Shown here: in pieces, positions 38,404 through 52,860 of the stretch
Numbering within the stretch: position 1 is the first letter of the stretch
Layout of the letters: each line of letters opens with the position of its first letter
From: Podarcis tiliguerta
Lineage: Eukaryota
NCBI GenBank assembly: GCA_965153285.1
Contig: OZ229112.1
Direction: 5' to 3' (one strand)
Length of the DNA stretch: 64,000 bases
Notes under the pieces: model-generated
Database searches by the model: none
Seen by the model: the letters and a program-made list of their open reading frames with translations, nothing else
What the model was told of the DNA's origin: nothing
Made by a program: the position numbers and the translations under genes

Positions 38404-41400
38404 ATTAGGTGGTTGGCCTTCTGAAATCCACATATATGTATGTGTTTTGTTATGTGGAAAACTACAGGATGGGAGAGTGCTCTTGCGCTCGGATCCTGGC
38501 CTGAGAGCTTCCCACAAGCATCTGGGTGGTCACTAGATGGGCCACTATGATCCTGAAGGATCTTTTTGTGTTCTTATGTTGAACCAAATAGTTCTCTGTT
38601 GTTTTCTGCCAAGGATTAGCTGAAAATTGACAACTGTACTGCCACCATCCTCACCTCCCACAAGCAAGAAAATATTTGCACATTTCCCAAAACTATAAAT
38701 CTCCCTTAGTTTTGTTTGATTGACTATAAAAACAGACTATTCATTAAGAAAAGCATCAGAAAACATGGCTACAAAAATTTGTTTAGGATGACATTCTATG
38801 CACAGTGTGGTCCCACAGAAGTTAAGCCCATATTTTGTTTTAAATAGATTAAATTCAATTCTTCCAGTTAGGTGAGCACTTGTTCGCTTGTTGGATCAGG
38901 TTAGTGGCCCATCTACTCCAGCCTCCTGGTCTCACTGACGTTGTTATCCTTCTGTTTTGTGCTCTACTAGCTCTATCTCAATGGAGAATAATGGGCACAT
39001 TTGAATTTCCACAAAGAAGCATAGATATAGGCAAAAGAAAATTGATTGGGTTTCTCTCTCTTTCTCTCATGAAAAAGTGACAACCACATTCGGTACCTTT
39101 CTACTGATTTTCTGCTGTATTATCCTGTTTCACCTTTTGAGGTCGGGTTGTTATGAAAACCATGAAGACCATCATCAGGACCATGCCCCCAAGGTCTACA
39201 CATCAAGCTGCTGTAAATGGTGCAGCAGTTAGAGGAAGGGCCCTATACATGCATGTGTGATGTATTCCTCATTTCTTTCTCCAGCATCTCCATGTGTGAC
39301 TGGGAAAGTTCTTGCAGAGCCACTGCCACTCACTGCAAACAGTCCTGTGCTAGTTGGTTCAATATTCTGACTCAGTACCATAGTACCAGGTACTATGAGG
39401 CAGCCCAAAAGCTGACAAGCCTTTGTACAGTTACCTGTATGTAAGCATCATCTAGCAAGTGGGAGTATCTTCAAGAGGCTCATGCAACCTGTCTTTGCAT
39501 ACCTTCCTTGTATCAATTGTTATTGGTGATAACTCTATGCTTTTTGGTTTAAACAGTTTTGAAACAGTTGTCGCAACACACAATACTGGCTGCACTGAAA
39601 ACTTGTGGAGGGAGATCATGTGAATAGCTGCCTTGCAAAGCCAGTCCAGTTCAACCTTATTATTGATATTTGAGGCTTAGAAAAGAGGCACAAGACTCTT
39701 TGGAGTCAGAGTTTCGGTCTGGTTTGGCGAAACACCCAGTATCTGAATGTTTGTTCTAAGCTCACTCAAATAGCTTAAGCATTTTTGATGTGCAACATTG
39801 GACTGAAGATCTTACAGTGTGAAGTTTCTGGTTCTTGATTTTCTCATTGGGTTTAGAATAACATCAAGGATAGCATTTCTCCTGGTCTTTCTATGCCAAG
39901 CACATTCCCAGTTCTGACAGTAGCTGCCAGGTCAAGAGACCCTATTCCTTCTGGAGCACTTAGCCAAAGGGCCTTTGCTCTCTTACAAAGGATGAAAGAA
40001 ACTGCAACCAGCACACACATACTCACACACCCTTAAAGTTACAGGGACTCTTCCTGGATTTAGGATCAGGCAACCTATCACAGAGCATAGTGCTGTCCAC
40101 TATATGTTGCTGGACTACGATTCCCATCATCCATTACCATTGGCATGCTGGCCAGATTTGAATAGAGTTGGGAGTCCAACAGCATCTGAAGGGCTGGTTA
40201 TACTTGAAACAAATAAGGCATCAATACTTTCTTATTTATTCCCTTCTGTTGGCAGTAGTTGGGTAAAAGAAAAGCAACACAAATTTTAGGGCTGTGTTCA
40301 GAAGCTAACATTTTTAGAGCGAAAGGAGGTTTCAGAAGGGCAGTCTTTCTCACCTTGAACATGCCTGTTTGGGGTGTTAGCTGCGCCTTCAGTCCCTCCC
40401 ATCCAACACTCATCTTATTTCTAGGGACAGTGATATCTTTAGTGGGTTTGAACTATTAGCCAGTGGGGGATACTAGCAGCATCACTTTGGAATGCCACAG
40501 TTTTTTGCTTATTGAATGCCTGGGACTAGGAAGGGAAGTGCTAAGTGCTACCTAAATGTGTGTCAGGAAAACATGGCCACCAACATTTGTCACTCCTTTT
40601 CAAGCCTCCCTGATAAGTGAAAACATGGAAGCACTTTTAGACAGAAGCATGAAAGTGTTCGTGAAAAGCACAAACTGCTTCAACTCAATCCTGATTAATT
40701 AAAATAAACCCAATCTCCACACACACACACTCCTCGAATTATCAGAGAGGTCCATTAGCTTTGGTGATGATTTATGGATGTTGGTAGTGGAATTTATTTT
40801 TTCCTTTATCTGGTCAAACATGTTTTTGTACAACATAGTATATGTGTAGGTGAAGGTGGCAGAAGAGGAAAGACTGGGATATATTGAATCTCAGAAATCC
40901 AAAGTCCTAAACTGCTGATGTATGCTGTGGCAGAAGATGTGTGGTTTTTAGCTTGCTCATTTCTTGCCACAAAGGAAGATGCTTTGAGAAAGAGGAAGGA
41001 CACACTCAATCGCCACAAAGACCTTCTTCCAAATCCATTACATGTAGAAGCTGACTGGTGATTTATTTACGAGGGAAAATTTATTCTGCACCTGCTTAGG
41101 TGCTCATGATTAACACTGTGCTCCTATGTATGTCTATCGAGAAGTAAGCTTCACTGAATTGAATAAGGCTTACTCCCAAGTAAGTGTGTTATAGGTTTGC
41201 AGCCTATGTGTTTGTGATGACAACAGTCTTGAGACTGAGATCTGGCACGTTTTTAGGCCTTCACTAATCAAATTGCACCTTTCTCTATTATTAAATTGAT
41301 AGTAATACAGTAATATAAGCATTCTGCAATCATTTGCTTTGTATTTGCTTCTGAAATGTAATGCAAAAGTCAGGTGGAAAGAAATTGTGTATTTTCTCAT

Positions 41401-41892
41401 ACCGTGTAGGAATAGCCGGACTCAGAAGTCCTGCCTGCTTTTCTTCTCTGAGACAGGGAGCACAGCAAAGCACACTTGGGAGAGAGGTGGCAAGCTTGTG
41501 TGTCCTTCTGACCCTGCTTCTACTGCTCTAATTATACAAATGGCACCCGCTCTTCAGATATGTGAAAGCAGAAATTCCGAGAATGAAGGGGCGAGCGCCT
41601 TGTTTTTGAAGGCAAGGCCTTAATCTTGCATTGTTTCTAGCAGGAAAGCCAACTCTTGAGGAGATCTTTACAATTGTGGCCCAGTATCCATCAGGATGAT
41701 TGTTTGAGGCACTTGACATACTTCATTGGTTTATATTTGTGATTAGCATTTAGACCTGGTTTTCCCCAATGAAGAGTATAGTTTCTCAGTCATGTTCAGC
41801 AGCATTTACTGTGATAGGACAGTGCAAGTAAGTAAAGGGGGGGCGGATACCATGGCACTTTGGGTGCATGCTTATATGCACCAAGGTGCACT

Positions 41893-42085
41893 GGAACATA
41901 GGAACATACCGGTACTTACACTTAAGTCAGAACATTGTTCCATATAGCTCACTGCCGACTACACTGACTAGCTGTGGTCCTCCAGTGTTCTGGGAAGGTC
42001 TCTCCTAAGCCTATCTGGAGATGCAAGGGACTGAACCTGGGTCCTTTGCATGGAAAGAAGCAGCTCTCCCACTAAGTCATGGCTT
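41893..42085 (-). mobile_element. tRNA-headed squamate SINE (decayed)
   Basis: The GGAACATAGGAACATA tail (reverse) and GGGACTGAACCTGGG (reverse B box) are present. Confidence 0.7.
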
Positions 42086-43025
42086 TCAGTCAGACTGTTA
42101 ACCCAGAGAGAGAGAGAGATGGAACCTGAAAAATTAAGGAGGCATTTTTTACAAAATCTCCCAAATCAATCCAAAACAGGGGTGTTAATTTTCCAGTTGC
42201 AGGCACAAGAAATTTTGGGTTGTCCCTAGAAAAGAAGGTGACATTTTTCTTGTTCCTTATTCTTTTTCTTTTTGGTCAGCACAAGCTGGCTGGTGATTGG
42301 TGTGGGCTCGTTCTTTTTAGCGCTAGTTGATTATATAATAAGGAACATATGAGGCAATTTTAGTTTATTAGTCTTCCAATTGCCAATCTTGCTTTCTTGC
42401 AGCTAATAAAATAAAAAAGTAATACTCATATGCCCTTTATTATAGAATAAAATTTAAAAGTACCCTTGGTATGTAAAAAGTAAAATCAAACGGACTATTT
42501 ACTAGCCAAAATGGCACACATCAAGTTTATCTTCCTGCTTCTGAACTTAATAGAAAAAGCAAGAAGCACATTTGTTTTCATAATGGTTTGATTGCCATAC
42601 AGGCTGACACGGATTGTGCAGTGACTAACCTTAAACTTTTGTCATGCTTATTTAGGGGGAACCAATTAACTTGCAAGACTCGAGTCCTATGGCAATATCA
42701 AATCTAGTGATAACTGGATATGTGTTGCAGATGAATGGGTGCGACCAAGGCAGCTTCAGCGTAGCAAGTGAAGTATTCTGGTCCAGGACCTGCGAGCAAC
42801 CATGACTGAGGTTTTCCTTTCCGAGAAGAGGGATTTCCTTCAGTGCAAAAGAACGTGCCCAACAATGCTCCCTCTGTTGAAAGGAAAAGGGAAGACCATA
42901 TAGCTGAAGCATGTCTCCTCCATGAGGGTCGGCTCTGAGAGAGGGATTGCCCATCTGGCAGCATCCAGATATTGTTGAGCTCCAGCTCCCATCAGCTCCA
43001 GCCAGCATGACCAATGGCAATCTAG

Positions 43026-43204
43026 CAACATCTGGAGGGCATCTCATTGGCTATCTCATTCCAAGATCTTTGTGTGCGTGTTTCTTTTTTGCTACAATGC
43101 GCAATAGCATTGCTAAATGCCACCACCACTACAAGCAAAGCATGGAGAATGGGGGAGAGGGGAGGAAAGACCTATAAGTGCTGTCTTTTCACAACTCCAA
43201 AATG
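43026..43204 (+). repeat. Direct repeat copy 1 (~170 bp)
   Basis: Aligns to 43590-43752 with about 11 substitutions plus indels of 12, 7, 2 and 1 bp (hand alignment). Confidence 0.95.
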
Positions 43205-43591
43205 TTAGGATCGTCCTACTCTCGTGCAGGACCCTGGCAGAGACACATGCCCGACTGGCATGTTCTCTCTCTCCTGGTCGATCGTTCGGGAGCTTCAAAA
43301 GCTTTCTTCTGCCCAAACATCACAGCAACTGATGCCAACAGACATCAGCACACTCAGGGATCCTCAGAGTCTTCGCAGTTTGCGTAACAGACCTCAGCAA
43401 CTCAGGATTTTTGGCTCACCGACGTTTATTTACATATAATACACTCAGAGCATTCTGACTTAGCTCCTTACTCTTTCTCATCAGCCAGCAAAGAGAGAAA
43501 ACAAAGGACAATAATTCCTGTCTCCGTCACTTCCCACCGTGTGATAGGCAACAATCCCATGACTGCAGACATGGGGAATGAATCTCCAACA
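43203..43591 (-). mobile_element. Putative solo LTR (~390 bp)
   Basis: Termini TGTTAGGAT...ATCTCCAACA (TG...CA, TGTT/AACA inverted). Minus-strand AATAAA at 43425-43430. CpGs retained. No short TSD. Confidence 0.6.
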
Positions 43592-43752
43592 ACATCTGGA
43601 GGGCACCTCATTCCAAGATCTTTGTGTGTGTGTGTTTCTTTTTTGCTGTGATGTGCATTAGCACTGCTAAATGCTACCACCACTACAAGCAAAGTATGGA
43701 GAATGGGGGAGGAAAGACCTATAAGTGCTGTCTTTCCACAGACTCCAAAATG
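43590..43752 (+). repeat. Direct repeat copy 2 (~165 bp)
   Basis: Paralogue of 43026-43204. Confidence 0.95.
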
Positions 43753-44500
43753 GCAATAGCGACTAGTGGGCTTTGGTAGGATGGCAGGAAGTGTCCCAGA
43801 AAAGCCTTCAATGCACCTGTGTATTTTCTTCACGGTTGGCCACACTGATTGGAGCATTTTCTCTTTACAATGTTGAAAGTCTTAGCGAAGGTGCCCTGTT
43901 TCCCATCTAACACAAAACATACACATTGCTGCTTTTCATGGCACTTCCAGAATTGTTAGTGCCCCAGATGATTATGGGATCTGCCTGTTCATTAACAAGC
44001 TACTTGTTTCTGTCAGTTGGGATTTCTTGGCACCAAATATTCCATGTGGAAGTGCCAGCGTTGAACGCTGTCTTTAAAAGATTAATATTGCCCAGTCAGC
44101 CTTGGAAGTTTCATTTTAGTGTAGTCCTATAATTACTAAATTTTCCATTCCCTATAAAAATTTCCAACATCACAGGTGTCCGCCACGGAGACTCCTGCCC
44201 ACCAGGAGAAGGATAATTTTTTGTCTTCTCTGTGTTGGTTTTGTGACAATATTTGAACATAAAATTGCAGCACATCTGGTGACATTCCTAAAAGGGAAGG
44301 AAACTCCATAGACAAAAACAATGACTTTTCTACCGTTACTATGGGCAGAAATACCTAAATAATCTAAATCAACTGATTTCAATGAGTTTACTCTGAGCAC
44401 AACTAACATGGCTATCACACCTTGAACAGCAGTGGGGCCAAATATATAATTCTTGCTTCAAACATCACGTATGAAGAGATAAAATACACTCATAGATTAA

Positions 44501-44638
44501 GGCTGGGATAGCTCAGTCAGAGCATGAGGATTTTAATCTCAGAGTTGTGGGTTCAAGCCCCACATTGGACAAAAGATACCTGCATTGGACTAGATGGCCC
44601 TCATGATTCTTTTCTACTCTACAATTCTATGATTCTAT
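44501..44638 (+). mobile_element. tRNA-Lys-derived SINE with CR1 3' tail
   Basis: GGCTGGGATAGCTCAGTCAGAGCATGAG...TTAATCTCAG...GGTTCAAGCCCCAC...ATTCTATGATTCTAT; same family as 9594-9730. Confidence 0.85.
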
Positions 44639-47600
44639 TATCTCAGCTGCTGATCATTTTAGTGTATGTAATCAACCAGAATTTTGCAGCAATTCTGCCA
44701 ATATTCAAAAGCTTATTTAATTTGCTTTTCGTTCTCTCCTGAAAAAAAAAAGATATTTTATTGACTATTGAACTCTTTCACTTGCCAGAAAATCATGTCA
44801 GAGGACTATACCATAGCACGCAAGCTGAAATACAAAACAACCATTCCTTTCAACAACTATCCAGCGTTATTTTTTTATGTGGTTGATTTTAAATGGGTTC
44901 TGTGAAGCAACGGCTAACTTGACAATAATGTAAACAAGTAATCTGGAAGAATAAAAGGTGAATATATTCAATCTGTAGCTGCACTGGGTAACATCTAGTG
45001 CTGCCAATATGATTTTTATTAGAGCGTATAACTCAGGTTTCATTTGTCCACAGAGGCATTTGAGGGCTTGTCAGCTAGCAGCATACTAGAAATTGCCGAG
45101 CAAAGGAGAAATTTCACCCTATTAAGGTTGCTGCCTATATCTTTATGACAGATGAAGCAAAATTAAATGAAACACAGACACTATGCTCAAATTTAAATTC
45201 ACAATGTGCCTCAGGGTTTTTGTTTTTGTCTTGCGTGGCAGGCAGCTCTGTTACATTTTTAAAGAAAGCAGTATGCATTTTTCCGCCTTGGACTCCAGAA
45301 TTATATTGGTGCATCAGTGTACTTTTGCAGCTCTGCTGTTCTGTTTTTTGAGCTGTACCCCATATTCTAAATGAGGCTATGTCATAACTATTTGTATCGC
45401 CATTACGATGCCCTTTTATTTTCCGCAACTTTACTAATAACCCCTAGCATGGAATCTGCCTTCTTCACTGCAACCACACTGTGGCCTTGTTCCAGCAGTA
45501 GCCACATGTGGACCTAACATGCCCACAGGTTAGGGAAGACAGGACTGTGTCACACACTCACCACTGTATACAGCTCCCTGTCTCTGTCTCTTGGGTGCCC
45601 ATGTCTTCTCAAGAGGAGCTGGCTGCACTCATGTAGCTCTTCTAGATGATTCCAAATGCTCCCTGGAGTCTCCTTGAAGCCTCCCTAGATAGCACTAAGA
45701 TATTAAAATAAACCAAGACCACAAAGTGTTTATGAAAGAAGAAATGTATGTACTAAGTTTTTTTTTTCAAAGGGTGTATATGGCATACAAATGTTACAGA
45801 GAAAGATATGTGATGCCCCAAAATTACAGCAACCCAAAATATTCACTTTGGAGCAAAAACAAACCAAAACTGGATCAAAGCGATCATCTATCCATGATCT
45901 ACACACACCCTAAAATTCACCAGGAGCTTAATGGAATCCCTACTCATGAGTAGCCCTTTGTTCCTTGAAGCCTCTCAATTAGGCTTCAAAACTTCTGCTA
46001 TCACACTGAGATCCCCTTGATCTAAAAAGCTTCCAGGATTGTCACCTGCTGAGATAGACTCTCCTTATCAATCATATGCTCCTGCTCAAGGAAGTTTAGA
46101 GCTTTTAGATTTCCTACCCTTGGAGACAGATGTGTCATCCTATGCAGATGCAATGGTGGATGCCTTGGGGCAAAACTAGTTAACTCTATTTTCCCCAAAA
46201 TTTGCAACGTCATGCGTATAAGACATACATTCCCATAATATATACAACCCATCCACTAAAGTAAAGTCCTATTCCTTCACGAGAACCAATATCAAGGAGA
46301 ATTCTAGGTCTACATCCCCGGTGATGAGAAGCAGGCACATAACCTCTAATCCAATGAAATCTGGGTGCCGAGGCCAACACCATTGACTTGGGTGCCAATG
46401 ATCACTGTTTTGAGCTGTTTTTATCAGTGTTGCAGCAATTTCCTAAAGTGCTGGTGGTAGTTGAAGCAATCTTCCACTGCCTGAAACAGAATCTGCCTGG
46501 AGATCTGGGTCACTGAAATGTCTTTCTTTCAGCACAGGATTCACCTTTGAAGCTCGGGAACTTTCACTGACCATGACGCTGAAGTGTGCTCTGGCTGAAA
46601 TAAGTTCAGACTCATCTGCCAGTAGTTTTGTATGGGAAGGTCTCTGGTTTCTCTTTGTTTACAGTACGGGTTGAAGGGCCTTTCCAGTTCATGGAGCATA
46701 TGTCCAATGGATATATGAATATAGGCCACTTTCACAATTTTCCTGTGTTATTTTGAAAAACTCTTATCTCGACCATTTTACTAAACATGCCCACTGACTT
46801 TGGCATGCTAAAGGCACTCATCATCTCAGACATGAGCATGCCTATGTTTAAAAAGCAACAACACCTTCCCCCATCCTTTAGAATTCCATTTACCTCAGAC
46901 TAGACCTAGTGTTCAAACATATGAACCATTTTTCACACCTGCCCATCACTGGTGCTATCTTCTTGTATGTGTTTATTTTTCAGCACACACAGGAGAAAAC
47001 TGGGCCTTGTGTGGCTCCTTTAGGTGGACTATAAATATGCTTCTTTCTGACAAGGATTTTCTGACGATTCAGTTATGGAGACAGGCTAGATTGCTTGGAG
47101 AAGACCTCAAATCAAATTTTGTAGAGGAGAGGAAAGCATGACAATTTGACTTTGCTGCACCTCATTGTAATCAATGGGTAGTTGCCATTATTATATAATG
47201 GAAATGGCTCAGTCCAAGATTAGCATTAACACATCAGCATTCTAACTATTAGTTCAAACAGTTTCCATAAACTAATATGAAGAATGACTAGCTCTCTCAG
47301 AACAATTACAAGAAAAATGTTCTAGAGTGGAAGTAATTCCAAGTGAGTGGAACATAGATTTGGATAATATGATCATTGTCTTCCTGACCTCAAATGCCAG
47401 GAAGGGAGTCTGAGGTTGTGCTAAAGGGCATACAGTATTCAAAACACATAATGGACGTTGAATTTTTCTATCACACCTAACAATTATGTTTAAAGCATAT
47501 TGCTGTATGTGTGGGGTAGAGGGTGTTTGACAATGAAACTAAATATGATGCAAAAGCCATTTCAGTTAAAAATGGGGCATGGCAGCAACCTAATCCTAAA

Positions 47601-50600
47601 CCAAGTAAATAGAACTGATCTCAGTGGAATTTGCTTCCATTTGTTTAGGATTGTAGCCTAGAATTCAGGACTCAAATGTATTTAACTTAGAATTTACAGT
47701 ATGAGGGTTTCCCCCTCCATCTGCGACTTCTTTCCCCAAATCTTGCTATAACTCTAGAGATGTGTATGCACGCCAACTCAGATCCTTAGTTATAAAACAA
47801 AACAAAAATTCTCTAATGCGGCATTGGGTACATATTCATCACTGTAAGCCATAACACAGGTGGTTTAATACTGGCAGTGAGGGGGAAAGATCAAAGCAGG
47901 TAGAAGATGGGTAGAACACCCTTCACCAACACAATGCTTTCCAGATGTTTTGGACTATTAATGCTGCAGCGGATGGAAGTTGTGGTCTAAAGCATCCGGA
48001 GGGCACCAGGTTGGCAGAAGCTGGGCTAGAACTCGTGGAGCTCTCCTGCTCTCAAGGATCCCCTCATTTCTTTCAGTAGAAACATGTGTCTCAAATTAAC
48101 TTGCAACATTGGGAATTGGGAATAGCAATATTAATAGTGAAGACAGTGAAGGTTTTTATTTGCATGAGGGCATTTAACTTCATATTGATAATGCACACAT
48201 TTAAAGTATAATGCGGTGCTTAATTATTGCAAAACCCCAGCATATTTCAGAAAATTCTGGAGCAAATTATAAGGTAGACCTTCAGATCTGCTCCATTAGG
48301 GCTCACCACTGCCCTGGGTAAGTTGAGTGTGACCTGGGAATGCAAGACACTGTTATTTACCAGGTCATACTATTTTTCTAGCCTAGTATTTTTGGCACTG
48401 AATGGAAGCAGCTTTCCAGGATCTCAGATAGCTTTTTTCAATCACCTCCTAACTGATCTTTTTTTAAAGTGAAGATGCCAGATTTTGTACCTGAGAACTT
48501 CTGCATGCAAAGTGTCCACACACACACACCACAACAATAAACCTAGAGGACACTTTCATGTGTTGGTGGGCAAGCTGTCCTTCAAGGAAGCTTTCTTTCC
48601 CTTCTAATCTTCTAATTGAGGAATCTCTGATAAGCTTCCAAGACAACCCATGGCTCCTTAAGGCACAGCTGTGCTCTTGATTTATTTTCTTCAAAAGCTG
48701 AATTGGTGCTGACCCGTGTGCCTGCACTGGAGGAGCTTTGAAACTTTGATCCCAGATAGGCTAGCTACATTTTGTAGAATCTACGCCAAGGTGATTGGAG
48801 GCCCAGGGTTTTCAGGAGGGGAGGCCTGCCACTCTATATAACTGACAATATAAGGGCTGGTTAAGGATCACATGAAACATTGGATAGAACTTGCCAGGGA
48901 AACCATGTTTGACCAAGGAAGCACTGTCATGGGCTTCTTTATGAGCAAGCATGAACAAGAAGTGTCCCATGTTTTAGTTTTTGCCATATATGGTTTGTCT
49001 CTGGTCAGCCTGAAGATGGTCTCCTGAAGATGGAAAAGCTTTTTAAAAATATCTTCCCAACCTGCAGTTAACCAGCCACCAATGGCTGACATAGGAAGTT
49101 CAGGTCAGGATCCTGGTGAGACAGTGTTGAGGAAGGTTTGTTATCTAAGATCTGCTACCAACACAGTCCCCACACAGTATGAAAACAGGATTGATGTTGT
49201 TTGCCAAGAGTCTTTCCAGGGAAAGATGGTATATTTCCCGATGAAGCATGTGCCCAGTAGCAAGCAATTTCTAAAGTGTCCCTCAGTTCCCACATGGGAG
49301 TGATTTAAGATGTTCAGTGGCTGCACATCTTTGCCAGCTGTTGCCCATATTTTTGGCATGGTACAAAGACATGTGGAAGCAATCACAACTCTCTCATTCA
49401 CCGTCTCTCTGGTGACATCCACACCTTTGGGCCATGGAGAAACCTGGGAATTCCCAGCACCCACTGAAAGGTTTGGGTCCCTCTTCATAATTTTATAATC
49501 TTAAACTTCCTCCATTCTTTCTTTCTTCTGTTGATAGGTCGCTCTCCCATTACTCAAGCACCCACTGTGGTTTTCATCTTTGAGGCCTCTGTCCATTGTA
49601 CATGAAACTGCTTAAACCTCCTAATTATTTCTCCATCCACTTCTAAAATCCAGAGCTTTCTGACTAGATCACAGTTTAAGCATTATTTGTGTATCTATCA
49701 ATGAAATTTTCATCTCTCAGGGATTCCTTGTTCCCATCTTGATTCAGTTATCTCTGTCCATACCTTGCTGTCAGAATTATCCATCTTGCAAGCAATTTTG
49801 ATCTGTCCCACCACTCCTTACTTCCCTTTCCTGGCTGCTTGCACAGTTTTGCCTCCAGCATAAATTTATTATCCTTAGTTCTAAAGCATGTCAAAGTCTC
49901 TCATTCATGCTTTGCCTTGCTCTTGGTGGGGTAAGGGAAGTGAAATACTGGACAAAAAGAAATAAAAGCGAAGAAGGGAGTTTCAGCAGATGTCAGTAAA
50001 AGTGTTTTGAGGTCAAGTGAGAATTGATAGGACTAGTTGAGAGATAGGAAATCAGAAAGTTAAGCAAAAGAGACTACAGTAGGCATCTTCTCAAAGCTTG
50101 AGGTAATGTTAGTCATACTTAGAGCAGACCTATTCAAATTAGTGGACATGACTGACTTAGTCCATTAATTTCAATGGATTTACTCTGAGTAAAACTTAGG
50201 GAAGATTCACATCATACTTTTAAAGCATATCCAATGTCTATTTAAAGCACATGACATCTCCCAAAGAATCCTGGGAATTGCTGGGAATTAAGGATGCTGT
50301 GAATAGTAACTCCATGAGGAGGAAACTACCATTCCCAAGCTTCTTTAGGGGAGATCATGTGCTTTGAAAGTGGAGTGTGGAATTGCCCTTTGTTGGCTAT
50401 AACCCAAGATGTCTACTTTTATAAAAGCAGGTGTGGAGGAAACTGGTAGAAAGAGCAAGCTTGTAGATTGATAAAGTGACAAGGAAGATGGGCGAAGTCA
50501 AAACAAGAGGAGAACAAAACTGAAGACAGAAATGGGCAAGGCAAGGCAATGAGTGTATGAAACAAGAGCAAAGAAATAGGAGAGGTCAATGGGTTAGGTT

Positions 50601-50619
50601 GCAGAAGCTAGCAGAAGTC

Positions 50620-50787
50620 AGATGAGGTCAATGGAACATGCAATGGTCCATCTAATTCAGGTGTCTCCAGGCTGATAGGGTTTCAAGCAGGATTCGTTCT
50701 CAGCCCACGTTAGAGGTACCAGACAACAAACCTAGAACCTTCCGCATGCAAACTGTGCATTTTGCCACTGAACAAAGGTCCTTTCCC
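50620..50787 (-). mobile_element. tRNA-headed squamate SINE (decayed)
   Basis: Family motifs GGTCCATCTA and AACCTAGAACCTTCCGCATGCAAA...CCACTGA. Confidence 0.6.
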
Positions 50788-51548
50788 ATCCAATGACGAG
50801 TGAGACGATGGTCGAGGAAAAGACACTAAGCTTCGGTGCAATGGCTCATAACATCAAGCCGTTAGATGATGATAAACTGTGGCAAGGAATGAAAAGAAAC
50901 CCCAAAGAGTTATTTAGTTATCTGTGAATTCTTAAAACAAATACTTCGTTGGAAAAACCTAGATGCTAAAGCGTTGACAGCTATGCCTGCATCCTTTTTA
51001 AATATTTATCCTTCCCTTTTCATATACAGCTAATTTCCTATCCCTCTTTTTCTCACACACAGCCAGCCCGAACTGTGCCTCTTTCAACTCATGCGTGTTT
51101 TGTATAGAGGGAGAGAGAGTGTAAACTGCACCACAGCCTTCTATCTTGCTCACCCAATGCAGCTTGCCTTAATGTGGACAGTAATACCAAGTACTGGCCC
51201 AGCGAGCTAGGCTTTGTGTCTCCTGCTGATATTATTCATTGTGGACTCTTGTGCCAGTTGTAGGCTCCACGGCCTTTTCAGTTTACATTCCTTGTCCAAG
51301 GAGATGCCAAGAACCAGAAGAAAGCATTTATTAAACCGGACAGGGAGACATTACAAAAGGAGAAGGGGAGCTGAAGGAATGAGTATCTATCTTCCGCCCC
51401 TGCCCCAAAGAATAGTCTGAAGCCTGCTGAATTGTGTTAGATTTTGTTGTATATTCAGGGGTCTTGCTTCATTTCTCTTGCTGAAAGAAGAAGAACAAAC
51501 ATGGCCAAATGTGTAGTTAGGAGCACATATGGTTGTATGATAAGTAAG

Positions 51549-51692
51549 CAGAGTTTTTTTCTGGGTGGCGGGGGACGCATACCCCTAAACATTTTGTGAA
51601 TCTAAGTTTGGCCTCATTGAGGGGCAGTATTTCAATATGAGTAGGAAAATGAGAGTACCCCTAAACATTTTTTTTTAGAAAAAAAAACACTG
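51549..51692. mobile_element. hAT-type MITE (CAGWGTTTTTTT TIR)
   Basis: CAGAGTTTTTTTCT...AGAAAAAAAAACACTG, with TACCCCTAAACATTTT repeated internally. TSD TAAGTAAG / TATGTAAG (7/8). Confidence 0.85.
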
Positions 51693-52479
51693 TATGTAAG
51701 GGAGGGCAGGGCTTGACTTCTTCATAGCTCCACCAGCAAATCACCTGGCGAACTGAATGCTTAACCTCGCATTTCCACTTAAATCGCTGTTCATACCAAT
51801 TAACAAAAACTTGATTAAAAAGTGAATGAAGCAGGCTGTACATTCTGTGCTTGAGTCGAATTAGATGCTTGCTGCACGTGGGATCTCTAATGAAACACTG
51901 CCTTTCCTTCAACTATTTTGTGGGTTTGTAAATGTTCCGCTGTGGGCTTCTGTGTTTTAACTTCCACTGAGCCAAAGTGTTAATCGAGAGCCAACCATTT
52001 ACACACCACACCCTTGAGGATCAGGCTCAATAGCCAAGTATATCTACTTAAAGTTGCAGTATACTCATGATTCCACACACACACACAAATCTATATTGAA
52101 AGAAAAAGTCGGACTGAAGATATAGTGGAAAATTACATTACACCCAATCTAAGAATGTGAAAATATTCAAAACAACCTTTGGAAGTTGAACTGAGTATAA
52201 CTAATCTATTAAGGTGTATAAGGGTATGTTTGAGGCAGTCAGGAACATTTAACCTTTTCCTGTGACTCTACAATGCTGTAATAATTGGAATTCATCTGCT
52301 TATGGTTTAGGTCAGGGTTGCAATAATATGGAGTTTGATTTGGATATTTTCCCAGGAGAAATAAGAGGGAGGTATATGTTACAGTCTTCCCCTCAGCATC
52401 CTAAATTAATTATAATAATCCTGAAACAATTCTACAGAATTGGTACAATCCCTGTTGAATGTATGAATCGGCCATAAAT

Positions 52480-52640
52480 GGAATCAGACTTTTGATCCAT
52501 CCAGTTTAGTGTTGTCAATACACTCACTGGCGGCAGCATCCAGAGTTTCAGATAGAGGTGTCTCCCAGCCCTACCTAGAGATGCCATGGATTGAAGTTGG
52601 GATCTTCTATACGCCAAACATGTGCTCTACAACCCTTTCC
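52480..52640 (-). mobile_element. tRNA-headed squamate SINE (decayed)
   Basis: CTCCCAGCCCTACCTAGAGATGCCA.GGATTGAA family body. Confidence 0.7.
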
Positions 52641-52723
52641 CATGAAGAAACTAAGTTGTGAGCTTTCTTACCCACTTGTAAGATTATAAAAACGGTCTAA
52701 CACACATGGTGAGTTCTACTAAC

Positions 52724-52860
52724 CAGAGGTAGCCAACACGGAACCTACCTGATTTGGTTCAACTACAGGTCCCAATATCCCTGACCATTGACTATGTTGG
52801 CTGGGGCTGATGTGAGTTGGAGTCCAACAATGTTTGGAGGCCACCACATTGCCTACCCTG
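52724..52860. mobile_element. CAGG-TIR hAT-type MITE
   Basis: Palindromic family body ending GCCTACCCTG. Confidence 0.7.

Noticed and set aside
43026-43752. Assembly artefact, or a TRIM with the 170-bp repeats as LTRs
   Set aside because: The copies are too diverged for a simple mis-join. The repeats lack TG...CA ends and begin inside an older MITE, while the middle segment has the LTR-like termini.
46020-49900. Endogenous viral or processed-pseudogene remnant
   Set aside because: Short frames only, with no viral or cellular motif I can recognise. A TBLASTX search would be needed to exclude it fully.
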